Positions 27,115-37,252 of a DNA stretch of 51,461 nt are shown here, piece by piece (the stretch's first letter is position 1; each line of letters opens with the position of its first letter). The position numbers and the translations under genes are program-made. The notes beneath the pieces were generated by a model, which saw only the letters and a list, made by a program, of their open reading frames with translations, was not told where the DNA came from and did no database searches. Origin of the DNA: a bacterium (GTDB lineage Bacteria; Patescibacteriota; Patescibacteriia; UBA2591; MWDC01); assembly GCA_021158435.1 (NCBI GenBank), contig JAGGUQ010000023.1, forward strand, positions 1-51,461. Reading direction: 5' to 3'.

Positions 27115-28634
27115 GTTTTATTTTTTAATTCATCTAATTTATCCTTCATTATCTTCCTTACTTCTTCTGGGTCTACTTGCCCTTTAGTTTTAGCCATTAT
27201 TTTCCCTATAAAAACATTAAGGATATTTTCTTTTCCCTTCAAATAAAGATTTACCAGTTCTTTATTTTGAGAAATTAAATCATCAGCTATCTTATCTATA
27301 TCTAAACTCTTATCAATTGTTTTTATTCCTTTTTCCTCCATTACTCTATCAACATCTTTCCCTGTTTGAACCATTAATTTTAAAACTTCTGTTCCTACTG
27401 TTGAAGGAATTTTCCTTTGATAAATCAAAATTAAAAATTCAGCAAAATTCTCTGGGGTTACTTTTAAATCTTTAATATCTGAACTTTCCAGAATATATGC
27501 AGGAAAAAGAGGAAGGAAACGATTAATCATCCAATTACCAAGCAAATCAACTACTTTTTGCTTCTGTTTTTCCCATTCATATTTTTCTAATGGCTGCGTA
27601 TTTTTTAAAGTCACAAACCAAGATTTCAATTCTGAAATAACTTCTTCTGTAAAATCAGCAACTAATTTGCTCTTTGTTAAAGAGTAAGCCTGTTTTGAAT
27701 TAAAGCCATATTCTTTCTTAAATCTTTCTCTTCTTTCAAAAGGACCTTCCCCAATTCTAATTTCTTTTACCAAGGAAGAAATGTCATAAACTAGCAAGTC
27801 CGGTTCTGGGAAATAACGATAATCTTTTGCTTGCTCTTTTTCTCTTTGAGGAAAAGTTTCTTTTCTTTTTTCATCCCATCCCCGAGTAGAAGAATAAACT
27901 GGGGGAGTTCCTTGTTCCCACATTTTCCTTTGCCTTTCTATTTCATAACGCAAAGCCTGTTCAACTGAATGAAAAGAATTTAAATTTTTAATTTCTACTT
28001 TAGGAAACAATTTTTGACTATTAACTGGTCTTAAAGAAAGGTTTGCATCACAACGCATCTGTCCTTTTTCCATTGCTGCTGGAGAAATATCCAAATATCG
28101 AGCTAATAGCTGAAATTCCTGAAGAAACATTTTTGCCTCTTCAGGACTTTCAATTACTGGTTCAGTTGTTGCCTCCAAAAGAGGTACTCCTGCCCGATTA
28201 AAATCTAAACAAGTGAAAGCCTTATCTGAACTATGAATAAGCTTTGCTGTATCTTCTTCAAGGTGAATGTTATCAAAACTAATTTTCTTTCCATTAACCA
28301 TTAAAAAACCCCCTTTAATCAAGGGACAAGCAAATTGGCTTATTTGATAAGCTTTAGGAAGGTCAGGATAAAAATAATTTTTTCTTTCAAAATAAGAAAC
28401 AAAGTTGATTTTCCCGTGCAAAGCAATCCCTAATTTCAAAGTTTTAATTAAAGCCTGCTTGTTAATACTTGGCAAAACACCTGGGTGCCCTAAACAAATA
28501 GGGCAAATATTTTTATTTGGGATCTTTTCTTCGGGGTCATTCAAGCAGGAACAAAAAATTTTACTTTTAGTTTTAATCTCTAAGTGTATTTCTAGCCCTA
28601 TTACTGGGGCTAAATTCTGATGTTTATTTACCAT
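27111..28634 (-). CDS. gatB: Asp/Glu-tRNA(Asn/Gln) amidotransferase subunit B
   Basis: Contains PVIGLEIHLEIKTKSKIFC and MRCDANLSLRP, with a C-terminal GatB/YqeY domain. No gatA or gatC is adjacent. Confidence 0.9.
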   Translation of the reverse strand: MVNKHQNLAPVIGLEIHLEIKTKSKIFCSCLNDPEEKIPNKNICPICLGHPGVLPSINKQALIKTLKLGIALHGKINFVSYFERKNYFYPDLPKAYQISQFACPLIKGGFLMVNGKKISFDNIHLEEDTAKLIHSSDKAFTCLDFNRAGVPLLEATTEPVIESPEEAKMFLQEFQLLARYLDISPAAMEKGQMRCDANLSLRPVNSQKLFPKVEIKNLNSFHSVEQALRYEIERQRKMWEQGTPPVYSSTRGWDEKRKETFPQREKEQAKDYRYFPEPDLLVYDISSLVKEIRIGEGPFERRERFKKEYGFNSKQAYSLTKSKLVADFTEEVISELKSWFVTLKNTQPLEKYEWEKQKQKVVDLLGNWMINRFLPLFPAYILESSDIKDLKVTPENFAEFLILIYQRKIPSTVGTEVLKLMVQTGKDVDRVMEEKGIKTIDKSLDIDKIADDLISQNKELVNLYLKGKENILNVFIGKIMAKTKGQVDPEEVRKIMKDKLDELKNKT

Positions 28635-31077
28635 ATCGTTGTAATTGTTTTTCTATTTTCAAAACATTCAAGGTTGTCTTTATAACACTATCTGGATTTA
28701 AAGAAATAGAATCTATTCCCTGCTTAACTAAAAACCTAACAAATTCAGGATAATCACTTGGAGCTTGGCCACAAATGCCAACCTTTCTTTTATAAGAATG
28801 GGCAGTTTTAATTAAAGTACTAATCATTCTTTTAACTGCCTCATTTCTTTCATCAAATAAATGGGCAACCAAACTTGAATCCCTATCCAACCCTAAAGTC
28901 AATTGAGTTAAGTCATTACTCCCAATAGAAAAACCATCAAATAGCTTAGAAAACTCCTCAGCTAAAATTACATTAGAAGGAATTTCAGCCATCACATAAA
29001 CTTTTAATCCTTTTAAACTTTTCTTAGGAGATAACAATTTCTGTTTTCTTAAAATAGATAAAACATTCTTTGCTTCCTCAATTGTCCGACAAAAAGGAAC
29101 CATTACAATAACATTATCCAAACCAAATTCTTCTCTTACTTTTTTTATTGCCAAACATTCTAATTCAAAAGCCTGGCTAAAAAGTGATGAATAATACCTA
29201 GAAGCACCTCTATAACCAATCATTGGATTTGCTTCTTTTGGCTCAAAAAGCTCTCCTCCAATTAAATTTGCGTATTCATTTGTTTTAAAATCAGAAAAAC
29301 GTACGATTACATCCTTTGGATAAAAAGCCGCAGCAATTCTTCCAATACCCTCTGAGAGTTTATCTATATAAAAATCTGTTTTATTTTTCCATCCCCGAGT
29401 AATTTCATCAATTTGCTTTTTTATTTTTTTATCTTTTATTTTTCTATAATTTATTAAAGCTAAGGGATGAATACGAATATAATTATTGATAATAAACTCC
29501 TCACGAGCCAAACCAACTCCATCATTAGGGATAAATCTTACAGAAAAGACGCTATCTGGGTTACCTATATTCATCATTATTTTAGTTTTTGGACGAGGCA
29601 GGTTACTTATCTTTATACGTTTTACTTTAAAAGGGCAAATCCCTTTATAAACATAACCTTCTTCTCCCTCCGCACAACTAACTGTAACCTCTTGCCCTGT
29701 TTTTAAAATTCTTGTTGCCTTATCTGTGCCAACCACAGCTGGAATACCTAATTCTCTAGCAACAATAGCACAATGGCTGGTTTTCCCTCCCTCATCAGTA
29801 ACAATAGCACTAGCTATCTTCATAATTGGCTCCCAATCCGGGTCTGTCACCTTAGTTACCAAAACTTCTCCTGGTTTAAATTGCTTTATATTCTTAATAT
29901 CTTTTATTAACCTAACTTTACCTTGTCCAATTTTAGAACCAACAGCAATTCCTTTAACTAATATCTCAAATTTTCTATATTGCTTTTTCCCTCTAGCTAA
30001 AACCCTTTGTTTTGCTTTCCCAATAAGCTTATATTCTTCCATTACATCTTTCTTTTTTTGGGATTGTACTGTTTCTGGCCTTGCCTGAACTATATACAAA
30101 AAGCCTGTTTTTCCATCTTTAGCCCACTCTATATCCATAGGCCTTTTATAATGCTTCTCAATAATTATTGAATATTTAGCTAGCTCCAAAACTTCCTTAT
30201 CTGTTAGGGTAAATGTATTTCTTTCTTTTAGACTTGTTTTAACATTTTTCAAAGCATTTCCTTTTTCTCCGCTATAAATTAATTTCATTTCCTTTGTTCC
30301 TAATCTTTTCGTAATAATAGAAGAATATCCCTTTAAAAGTAAGGGTTCATAAACAATAAATTCATCCGGGGTAACCCTTCCTTTAACAATGTTTTCCCCC
30401 AATCCCCAAGAGCTGTTAATAACTGTAACATCAGCAAACCCTGACTCTGTATCACAAGAAAACATTATTCCTGAGCAAGCCTTATCAGATCTTACCATTT
30501 TCTGAACACAAACCGATAAAGCAACTTTTAAGTGGTCAAACCCCTGATTTTCTCGATAAGAAATAGCTCTATCTGTAAACAAAGAAGCAATACACTTTCT
30601 AACCGCACTTATTAATTCTCTATCTCCCCTTACATTAAGATAAGATTCCATTTGGCCTGCAAAACTAGCTGTTGCTAAATCCTCTGATGTTGCCGAAGAA
30701 CGAACAGCTACATCTATATTTTGCGAATTATATTTTGAAGATAAATGATGATAAGCATCTATTATTTCTTTTTCTAAATCCTTTGGCAAAGGAGTGGCTA
30801 AAATCAAATTTCTTATTTTTCTCCCTCTTAAAAGCAGGTTTTCTATATTATTAACGTCTAAATCTTGAAGAATTTCTTTTATTTTACTTTTCAAGTTGGT
30901 TTTAGTTAAAAAATATCTGTAAGCATCAGCAGTAATAGCAAAACCATCAGGAACTCTTACTCCTTTACTTGTTAATTTCCTATACATTTCTCCCAAAGAA
31001 GCAGATTTGCCTCCAACCTTTGCTACATCACTAATTTTAATTTGATTAAATCTTAAAATAAATTTAGATCTGGGCAT
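28624..31077 (-). CDS. ppsA: Phosphoenolpyruvate synthase (pyruvate, water dikinase)
   Basis: Contains VGGKSASLGEM, the phosphohistidine motif GGKTSHCAIVARELGIPAVVG, and GICGQAPSDYPEF in the C-terminal PEP-utilising domain. Length is 817 aa. Confidence 0.9.
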   Translation of the reverse strand: MPRSKFILRFNQIKISDVAKVGGKSASLGEMYRKLTSKGVRVPDGFAITADAYRYFLTKTNLKSKIKEILQDLDVNNIENLLLRGRKIRNLILATPLPKDLEKEIIDAYHHLSSKYNSQNIDVAVRSSATSEDLATASFAGQMESYLNVRGDRELISAVRKCIASLFTDRAISYRENQGFDHLKVALSVCVQKMVRSDKACSGIMFSCDTESGFADVTVINSSWGLGENIVKGRVTPDEFIVYEPLLLKGYSSIITKRLGTKEMKLIYSGEKGNALKNVKTSLKERNTFTLTDKEVLELAKYSIIIEKHYKRPMDIEWAKDGKTGFLYIVQARPETVQSQKKKDVMEEYKLIGKAKQRVLARGKKQYRKFEILVKGIAVGSKIGQGKVRLIKDIKNIKQFKPGEVLVTKVTDPDWEPIMKIASAIVTDEGGKTSHCAIVARELGIPAVVGTDKATRILKTGQEVTVSCAEGEEGYVYKGICPFKVKRIKISNLPRPKTKIMMNIGNPDSVFSVRFIPNDGVGLAREEFIINNYIRIHPLALINYRKIKDKKIKKQIDEITRGWKNKTDFYIDKLSEGIGRIAAAFYPKDVIVRFSDFKTNEYANLIGGELFEPKEANPMIGYRGASRYYSSLFSQAFELECLAIKKVREEFGLDNVIVMVPFCRTIEEAKNVLSILRKQKLLSPKKSLKGLKVYVMAEIPSNVILAEEFSKLFDGFSIGSNDLTQLTLGLDRDSSLVAHLFDERNEAVKRMISTLIKTAHSYKRKVGICGQAPSDYPEFVRFLVKQGIDSISLNPDSVIKTTLNVLKIEKQLQRYGK

Positions 31078-31097
31078 GCTCTTATTAATTTAACTAA

Positions 31098-31445
31098 CTA
31101 AATATTAAGAAAATCAAATCTATCACTTAATTTACTAATAAAAGGCAGGTAAGGGTTCTTCCCTAACAAAACTTTAATAATGCCCCAAACTGAAAAAATT
31201 AGACAAAGCAAATAACCTATTAAACCTAAAAACAAACCAATAACTGGGATAGGAATTATAAATAAGCAAACAATTTCCAAAAAGAAAATAGCTAAGCCCT
31301 GTTTTGTATGAGAAATAATAAAATCATCTTTTTTTTGATAAGAAACAATTAAAGGAACAAAAACTAATATTCCTAAATAAGAACAAAGAGCTAAAAGCTT
31401 CTTACTAATTTTTTTAATTTTTGGAAAAAAATCCCTTAACTTCAT
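31098..31445 (-). CDS. Small membrane protein of unknown function
   Basis: A 115-aa ORF with three hydrophobic segments and an HTKQGL motif between TM1 and TM2. Confidence 0.5.
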   Translation of the reverse strand: MKLRDFFPKIKKISKKLLALCSYLGILVFVPLIVSYQKKDDFIISHTKQGLAIFFLEIVCLFIIPIPVIGLFLGLIGYLLCLIFSVWGIIKVLLGKNPYLPFISKLSDRFDFLNI

Positions 31446-31530
31446 AGACGCTAAATTTTAAAAATCTATCTAAAAATTCCCTCCAACAGTATCTTAAAAT
31501 AAATCAAAAAAAATTGAAGAGAATAACAAT

Positions 31531-33093
31531 CTAAAACAAAGCAAAACCTGTCATTTCTTTGGGCTTTTCAATCCCCATTAATTTTAAAATAGTTGGGCTA
31601 ACGTCCGCTAAAACACCTGAAGCTTTTATATTGCTCAAATCAGGAGGTGTTTCTAAGGGTGTTTGTCTTTTAAATTCCCTACCAACTAAAATAAAAGGCA
31701 CAGGATTAGTGCTGTGTTCTTTGTCTATTTCTCCTGTTTTAAGATTAATCATTTCTTCAGCATTGCCATGATCAGCAGTAATTACAACATACCAATTGTT
31801 TTTCTGAGCTAGATCAACAATGTCAACCAATAAACCATCAAGATGTTCTAAAGCTTTTATTGTTGCCTGCAAGTCCCCTGTATGACCTACCATGTCAGGG
31901 TTGGCAAAATTAACTACAATAAAAGAATATCTTTGGCTCTCTATACCTAAAAGTACTTTTTCAGCAACCTGCTTTGCTGACATTTCCGGCTTAAGAGCAT
32001 AAGAAGACACAGAAGGAGAAGGAATCATTTCCCTATCTTCTCCTAAAAAGGGTTTTTCTCTGCCCCCATTAAAGAAAAAGGTTACATGGGCATATTTTTC
32101 TGTTTCAGCAACATGAAGTTGATTAAGACCCTTTTCACTAATAACTCTAGCTATTGGCCAGGCAATATTTTCTGGTGGAAAAGCAACTTCATTCACCTCC
32201 AACCCTTTTTCATATTCTGTCATACTGACAAAAAAGAGATTATTAATTTTTTCTCTTGGAAAATTTTTAAAGTCTTTTTCAACAAAAGCTTTGGTTAATT
32301 GCCTTGCTCTGTCTGCCCGGTAATTAAAAAATATAACCGAGTCGTTTTCTTTTATCCCAACAAAAGGCTTGTCCTGATTGTCAATCACTTTAGGTGTCAT
32401 TTCCTCATCATAAATTTTTTCCTGATAAGAATGTTCTATTGCTTGAATTGGATCTTTAAATTTTTCACCTTCTCCATAAACCATTGCTCGATAAGCTTTT
32501 TCTGTCCGTTCCCAATGATTATCTCTATCCATAGCATAAAATCTTCCAACTAAACTACAAATTCTTCCTACTTGTAACTGATTCATCCTTTTTTCCAATT
32601 CCCGAATAAAATTAATTCCGCTATTAAAGGAAACATCTCTACCATCTAAAATGCAATGAACTATTACATTATTCAATCCCTGAGATTTACAAAGATCTAA
32701 AAGAGCATATAAATGGGTATCTAAAGAGTGTACTCCTCCATTAGAAACAAGCCCAATTAAATGTAAATTAGATTTATTTAATTTTGTATGTTCAATTGCC
32801 TTTAAAAAAGCTTGATTTTTTGCAAATCCACCTTGAATTATAGCTAAATTAATTTTAGCCAAAGTTTGATAAACTATTTTTCCTGCTCCTAAATTAAGAT
32901 GCCCAACCTCCGAATTCCCAGGCTCCCCATATAATAACCCAACAGCTTCTCCAGAGGCTTGAAGGGTTTTTGTTAAATAATTCTGGGTTAAAAAACCAAA
33001 AAAAGGCAGCTTTGCTTGGGTAACTGCATTTCCATAACTAGGAGGAGCAACTCCCCAGCCGTCTAAAATTATTAAAACTACTGGCTTAAACAT
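31531..33093 (-). CDS. gpmI: 2,3-bisphosphoglycerate-independent phosphoglycerate mutase, copy 1
   Basis: Contains ILDGWG, GNSEVGHLNLGAG, ETEKYAHVTFFFNGG and ITADHGNAEEM. Confidence 0.9.
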   Translation of the reverse strand: MFKPVVLIILDGWGVAPPSYGNAVTQAKLPFFGFLTQNYLTKTLQASGEAVGLLYGEPGNSEVGHLNLGAGKIVYQTLAKINLAIIQGGFAKNQAFLKAIEHTKLNKSNLHLIGLVSNGGVHSLDTHLYALLDLCKSQGLNNVIVHCILDGRDVSFNSGINFIRELEKRMNQLQVGRICSLVGRFYAMDRDNHWERTEKAYRAMVYGEGEKFKDPIQAIEHSYQEKIYDEEMTPKVIDNQDKPFVGIKENDSVIFFNYRADRARQLTKAFVEKDFKNFPREKINNLFFVSMTEYEKGLEVNEVAFPPENIAWPIARVISEKGLNQLHVAETEKYAHVTFFFNGGREKPFLGEDREMIPSPSVSSYALKPEMSAKQVAEKVLLGIESQRYSFIVVNFANPDMVGHTGDLQATIKALEHLDGLLVDIVDLAQKNNWYVVITADHGNAEEMINLKTGEIDKEHSTNPVPFILVGREFKRQTPLETPPDLSNIKASGVLADVSPTILKLMGIEKPKEMTGFALF

Positions 33094-33100
33094 AATAACT

Positions 33101-34696
33101 TTAAATTATTAACGACTTACCAGTCATTCGTTCAGGGCAAGGAATATTTAAAATATCCAAAATTGTCGGAGCAATATCAGCTAATCCTCCTTGTTTTCTT
33201 AATTTTAAATTATTTTCACTAACTAAAATAAATGGAACTGGATTAGTTGTGTGCGAAGTTAAAATTTCTTTTGTTCTAAGATTAATCATTTCTTCAGCAT
33301 TGCCATGATCAGCAGTAATTACAAGGGCATAATGATATTTTAAAAGCGTTTTTACTAATTGCTTCAAATATCTATCAACCACCTTAATTCCTTGAATGGT
33401 TGCTTGAATATTCCCTGTATGACCAAGCATATCTGGATTGCAAAAATTTACCAAAATAAAATTATATTTTTTCTTATTCACTTCTTCAAGTAACCTTGCC
33501 GTAACTTCAGGGGTTGACATTGCCGGAGTCTCATCATAATGAGCAACTTTTGGTGATGAAATTCTTATCCTTTTTTCACCAGCAACAGGTTTGCTATAAC
33601 CTCCATTAAAGAAAAAGGTTACATGGGCATATTTTTCTGTTTCAGCAATATAAAGTTGAGATCTTTCTTTTCCTAAAACTAAAGGCAGAGTGTCTTTTCT
33701 TTTTATTGAAGGGAAGGCAGTTTTTGTATGATCTAAATCCGGGCCAAAGTCAGTTAAAGCAACAAACATTAAATCTTTTACTACTTTTTTCCTAATAAAA
33801 CTCCCTGGATTTTTTCTATTAAAACCCTTTTGAACAAAACATTTTGTTAATTGCCTTGCCCTATCAGAACGCAAATTCATAAAAATAACAAAATCCTTAT
33901 CATCAATAGTTGCTACTGGCTGATTGTCTTCATCTACAATTACAGTTGGACTAATAAACTCATCTGTTTCTTTTCTGTTATAAGCTTGAAGAATCCCTTC
34001 TAAGGGATTCTTCACTTTTATCCCTTTGCCCAACGTTAACAAATCATATGCTTTCTTTGTCCTTTCCCATTTTTTACATCTATCCATAGCATAAAATCTT
34101 CCAATAATACTAGCTATTACAACCTCAAGTTTTTGGTTGTTCTGTCCTTTGCTTTGTTTTTGATTATTCTCCTTTTTATGATTTATAAAAAAACGATTAA
34201 TAATTTTAGCTGCACTATGAGGAGAAGAATCTCTCCCATCTGTGAAAAGATGAAGATAAACTTTTTTTATGCCTGCTCTTTTTAAGAAATCAAGCATAGC
34301 CAACCAATGCAAAGGAGAAGAGTGGGCGCTATTTTTTTCTGTTGCCAGGCCAATTAAATGAACTTTTGATTTATGCTCTTGAACATAATGAACTCCCTCC
34401 CAAAAAACACCATTTCTAAAAAAGCTCCCGTTTTTTATGCTTTTTGAAATAAAAACTGCATCATCTTCAACAACCCTTCCTGCTCCAATAGTTGTGTGCC
34501 CTGCCTCAGAATTGCCTGGCTGACCCTTAAATACTCCAACACACTCTGAAGAAGCACATAACTGAGTGTGAGGATATTTATTCCATAAAGAATAAAAAAA
34601 ATCGGGGTTTGCTCGAGTAATTGCATTACCTTCGTTATCTTGAGCTATTCCCCAACCATCCAGAATTATTAAAGCTAAATGATTGTAATTTATCAT
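33101..34696 (-). CDS. gpmI: 2,3-bisphosphoglycerate-independent phosphoglycerate mutase, divergent tandem paralog
   Basis: Carries the same motif set (ILDGWG, GNSEAGHTTIGAG, ETEKYAHVTFFFNGG, ITADHGNAEEM) plus an extra N/Q/K-rich insert, HKKENNQKQSKGQNNQK. Confidence 0.85.
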   Translation of the reverse strand: MINYNHLALIILDGWGIAQDNEGNAITRANPDFFYSLWNKYPHTQLCASSECVGVFKGQPGNSEAGHTTIGAGRVVEDDAVFISKSIKNGSFFRNGVFWEGVHYVQEHKSKVHLIGLATEKNSAHSSPLHWLAMLDFLKRAGIKKVYLHLFTDGRDSSPHSAAKIINRFFINHKKENNQKQSKGQNNQKLEVVIASIIGRFYAMDRCKKWERTKKAYDLLTLGKGIKVKNPLEGILQAYNRKETDEFISPTVIVDEDNQPVATIDDKDFVIFMNLRSDRARQLTKCFVQKGFNRKNPGSFIRKKVVKDLMFVALTDFGPDLDHTKTAFPSIKRKDTLPLVLGKERSQLYIAETEKYAHVTFFFNGGYSKPVAGEKRIRISSPKVAHYDETPAMSTPEVTARLLEEVNKKKYNFILVNFCNPDMLGHTGNIQATIQGIKVVDRYLKQLVKTLLKYHYALVITADHGNAEEMINLRTKEILTSHTTNPVPFILVSENNLKLRKQGGLADIAPTILDILNIPCPERMTGKSLII

Positions 34697-34722
34697 AATT
34701 TGCTTACTAATTAAATAAAAAA

Positions 34723-34793
34723 TGGGTTTGCAGGGAATCGAACCCTGATCAATAGCTTAAAAGGCTACTGCTCTACCATTGAGCTACAAACCC
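34723..34793 (-). tRNA. tRNA-Lys (anticodon UUU)
   Basis: Reverse complement folds with acceptor gggtttg/caaaccc, anticodon stem gtagc/gctat with loop ctTTTaa, and T-arm caggg-ttcgatt-ccctg. No CCA is encoded. Confidence 0.85.
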
Positions 34794-34852
34794 TTTAATA
34801 AAGCAATAAAACATTTTATCCAAAAAAAATATTATGTCAACATTTAAAAAAA

Positions 34853-34924
34853 TGGGTGCACGAGGAATCGAACCTCGGACCTTCCCGATGTGAACGGGAT
34901 GCTCTACCTCTGAGCTATACACCC
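34853..34924 (-). tRNA. tRNA-Val (anticodon CAC)
   Basis: Reverse complement folds with acceptor gggtgta/tgcaccc, anticodon stem tcccg/cggga with loop ttCACat, and T-arm cgagg-ttcgatt-cctcg. No CCA is encoded. Confidence 0.85.
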
Positions 34925-34948
34925 TTTTTATATCTAAAACTAAATTGT

Positions 34949-36166
34949 TTAGAACTGAATAGAAGCCAGCTGGTAAATAGGTAGAAAAATAGACAAAACT
35001 ATACCACCAACAACTAAACCCAAAAATACTATTATTACTGGTTCTAATAAACTAACTAATTGTGACAACATGCCTTCTAATTCCCCTGAATAAAAATCAG
35101 CCATTTTTTTTAAAACCTCATCTAATTTTCCTGTTTGTTCACCTATTATTAAAATATTAGAAAGAACCCTTGGAATTAAAGGGGATGTTAAAAAACTTGA
35201 TGCAATAGATCTTCCGCTTTTTACATCCTCCATTGCTTCTAAAACAATCTGTCGATAAGAATGATTTCCAACAACATCAGCTGTAATTTGTAATGCTTCA
35301 GGCAAAGGGATTCCCCCAACAATTAATGTAGATAAACTTGCTGTCAATCTAACTAAAGCAATCAATTTAAAAAGGCGACCAAAAATTGGAATTCTTAAAA
35401 GTAGTTTGTCCCAAATAACTCTTCCCTTTTTTGTTCTTGTTAAAAGAAAATAAAAAAAACCCAATATCCCTACGAATAAAAGAAGAAATGGCCATTGATA
35501 CTTTATAAAATTACTTAACCCAATGACTATTCTTGTTGGTAAAGGAATTTCGCCTCCACTTTCTAAAATTAAACCAGTAATCTGAGGAATAACAAAAGTT
35601 AACATCAAAATTAAAATAATTACGACCATTGACAAAACAAATACTGGATAAATCATTGCCCCTCTTAATTTTCTTTGAAGGTCATAATTCTTTTCTTCTT
35701 CATCTGCTAAATAAACTAAAGTGCTGTCAAGTCTTCCTGAAACCTCTCCTGCTTTTACCATATTTATATAAAAGTCATCAAATATTTCTGGATACCGAGC
35801 CAAACTTGTTGAAAATCTGCTCCCCCCTCTAATGTTGTCAGCAATTTCTCCAACTATTTTATCAAAATACTTGTTTCCTGTTTGTCCAGCCAAAGTCTCT
35901 AAAGCCTGAACCAAAGGTAGCCCAGCAGAAACAGTAACCGCCAACTGCCGAGAAAAAATTGCCTTATCACGAGATGAAATCTTTCTTTTAAAAAAACTCG
36001 CCCAAGAAAAACTTTTTGGGCTAAATGTTTTAGATTTTTCTTTCAAATAAAGAACAACTAAATTTCTTCTAGATAAAACATCAAGGGCTTGCTCTTCATT
36101 AATCGCTTCAATTGTGCCCTTTATTGTCTTGCCTGATAAATCTTTAGCTTGAAATTCAAATCTCAT
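34949..36166 (-). CDS. pilC: Type IV pilus platform protein PilC (GspF family)
   Basis: A 405-aa protein with two GspF-like repeats and three TM segments, lying next to the pilB and pilT genes. Confidence 0.85.
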   Translation of the reverse strand: MRFEFQAKDLSGKTIKGTIEAINEEQALDVLSRRNLVVLYLKEKSKTFSPKSFSWASFFKRKISSRDKAIFSRQLAVTVSAGLPLVQALETLAGQTGNKYFDKIVGEIADNIRGGSRFSTSLARYPEIFDDFYINMVKAGEVSGRLDSTLVYLADEEEKNYDLQRKLRGAMIYPVFVLSMVVIILILMLTFVIPQITGLILESGGEIPLPTRIVIGLSNFIKYQWPFLLLFVGILGFFYFLLTRTKKGRVIWDKLLLRIPIFGRLFKLIALVRLTASLSTLIVGGIPLPEALQITADVVGNHSYRQIVLEAMEDVKSGRSIASSFLTSPLIPRVLSNILIIGEQTGKLDEVLKKMADFYSGELEGMLSQLVSLLEPVIIVFLGLVVGGIVLSIFLPIYQLASIQF

Positions 36167-36174
36167 ACTTAATA

Positions 36175-37236
36175 CTACCTACTTAAAATTCGCTTCAAAG
36201 AATCAGGATCAATTGCTGACTTTAAGCCTTGTTCAAAAAGAACTTTCCCGCTAATAACTAAATCTGCCAAATATCGTTCTAAAGAAATTGCTGACTCACT
36301 TTGCAAAAAGGTATGCAACTGGTAAAGTTTCCCCTCTTTAATTATTGTCTGAACTGCTGGAGTGGCAGGTAAAACTTCTAAAGCCATAATTCTTCCTCCT
36401 CCTATTTTAGGAACCAGGCGAGTGCAAATTATTCCAGCTAAATTTTTGCTTAAAAAGTATCTTGCTCTTTCTTGTTCTTCAACAGAATAAAAATGAAGTA
36501 AATGTCTAATTAAACCAATTGAAGAACAAAAATAAGAGATGACAAAAACAAGCGTGCCCATCTCAGCAATCTCAAAAATCATATCTAAAGATTCTTTATC
36601 TTCTAATTTTGTTATTAAACAAACATCTACATTTTTCTCCTTTAATGAAATTAATCCTTGCTTAAAACTTGAAACATGTTCGCCTACTTCTCTTTGTTCA
36701 ATTAAACTTTTTTTACTTTCAAACCTGTACTTAATTGGCTTCTCTAAAGTAGAGATAAACTTTGTTTGCTCTTTGTTTATTTTGTCAAGCAAACAAGCAG
36801 CTAAAGTGGATTTTCCTGAATCATGGGGTCCACTAATAAACACAACTCCTTTTTCTTGTTCTGCTAAATTTTGAACTAATTTTGGCAGGGTGTTTAGGAA
36901 ATCCTCTTTAATCTGTCTATCTAAAAACTTAAGATAAATAGAAAAACCTCTTTTTTCTTTAACAATCTCTACCCAAACATTACCTACCTTTTCTAAAGGA
37001 TAGACTAAAGAATATTCATCTTTGAATTCTTCTTCTTTTTCCCCAAGGATCAAGGATTTTATCTGAACTAGATCTGTTTCACTAAGTATTCCTGCTGATC
37101 CTAAAGGTTGCAAATCTCCATCTATCCTTAAAAAGGGAGGGGCTGAGACTAAAAGATAAATTTCTTCTGAGCCTTTTTCTATTGCCCTTAAACAAATGTT
37201 TCTTAATTTTAATTCTACTTGAGCTAATTCAACCAT
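36175..37236 (-). CDS. PilT-like hexameric ATPase paralog with degenerate catalytic motifs
   Basis: Walker A is retained (GPHDSGKST). The Asp box reads ISTLEKPIKY where ILTIEDPIEF is expected. The Walker B region reads DVCLITKLED where DIILVGEMRD is expected. The His box reads GTLVFVISYF where GHLVFGTLHT is expected. Confidence 0.7.
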   Translation of the reverse strand: MVELAQVELKLRNICLRAIEKGSEEIYLLVSAPPFLRIDGDLQPLGSAGILSETDLVQIKSLILGEKEEEFKDEYSLVYPLEKVGNVWVEIVKEKRGFSIYLKFLDRQIKEDFLNTLPKLVQNLAEQEKGVVFISGPHDSGKSTLAACLLDKINKEQTKFISTLEKPIKYRFESKKSLIEQREVGEHVSSFKQGLISLKEKNVDVCLITKLEDKESLDMIFEIAEMGTLVFVISYFCSSIGLIRHLLHFYSVEEQERARYFLSKNLAGIICTRLVPKIGGGRIMALEVLPATPAVQTIIKEGKLYQLHTFLQSESAISLERYLADLVISGKVLFEQGLKSAIDPDSLKRILSR

Positions 37237-37252
37237 AATATATTTTCTAAAA

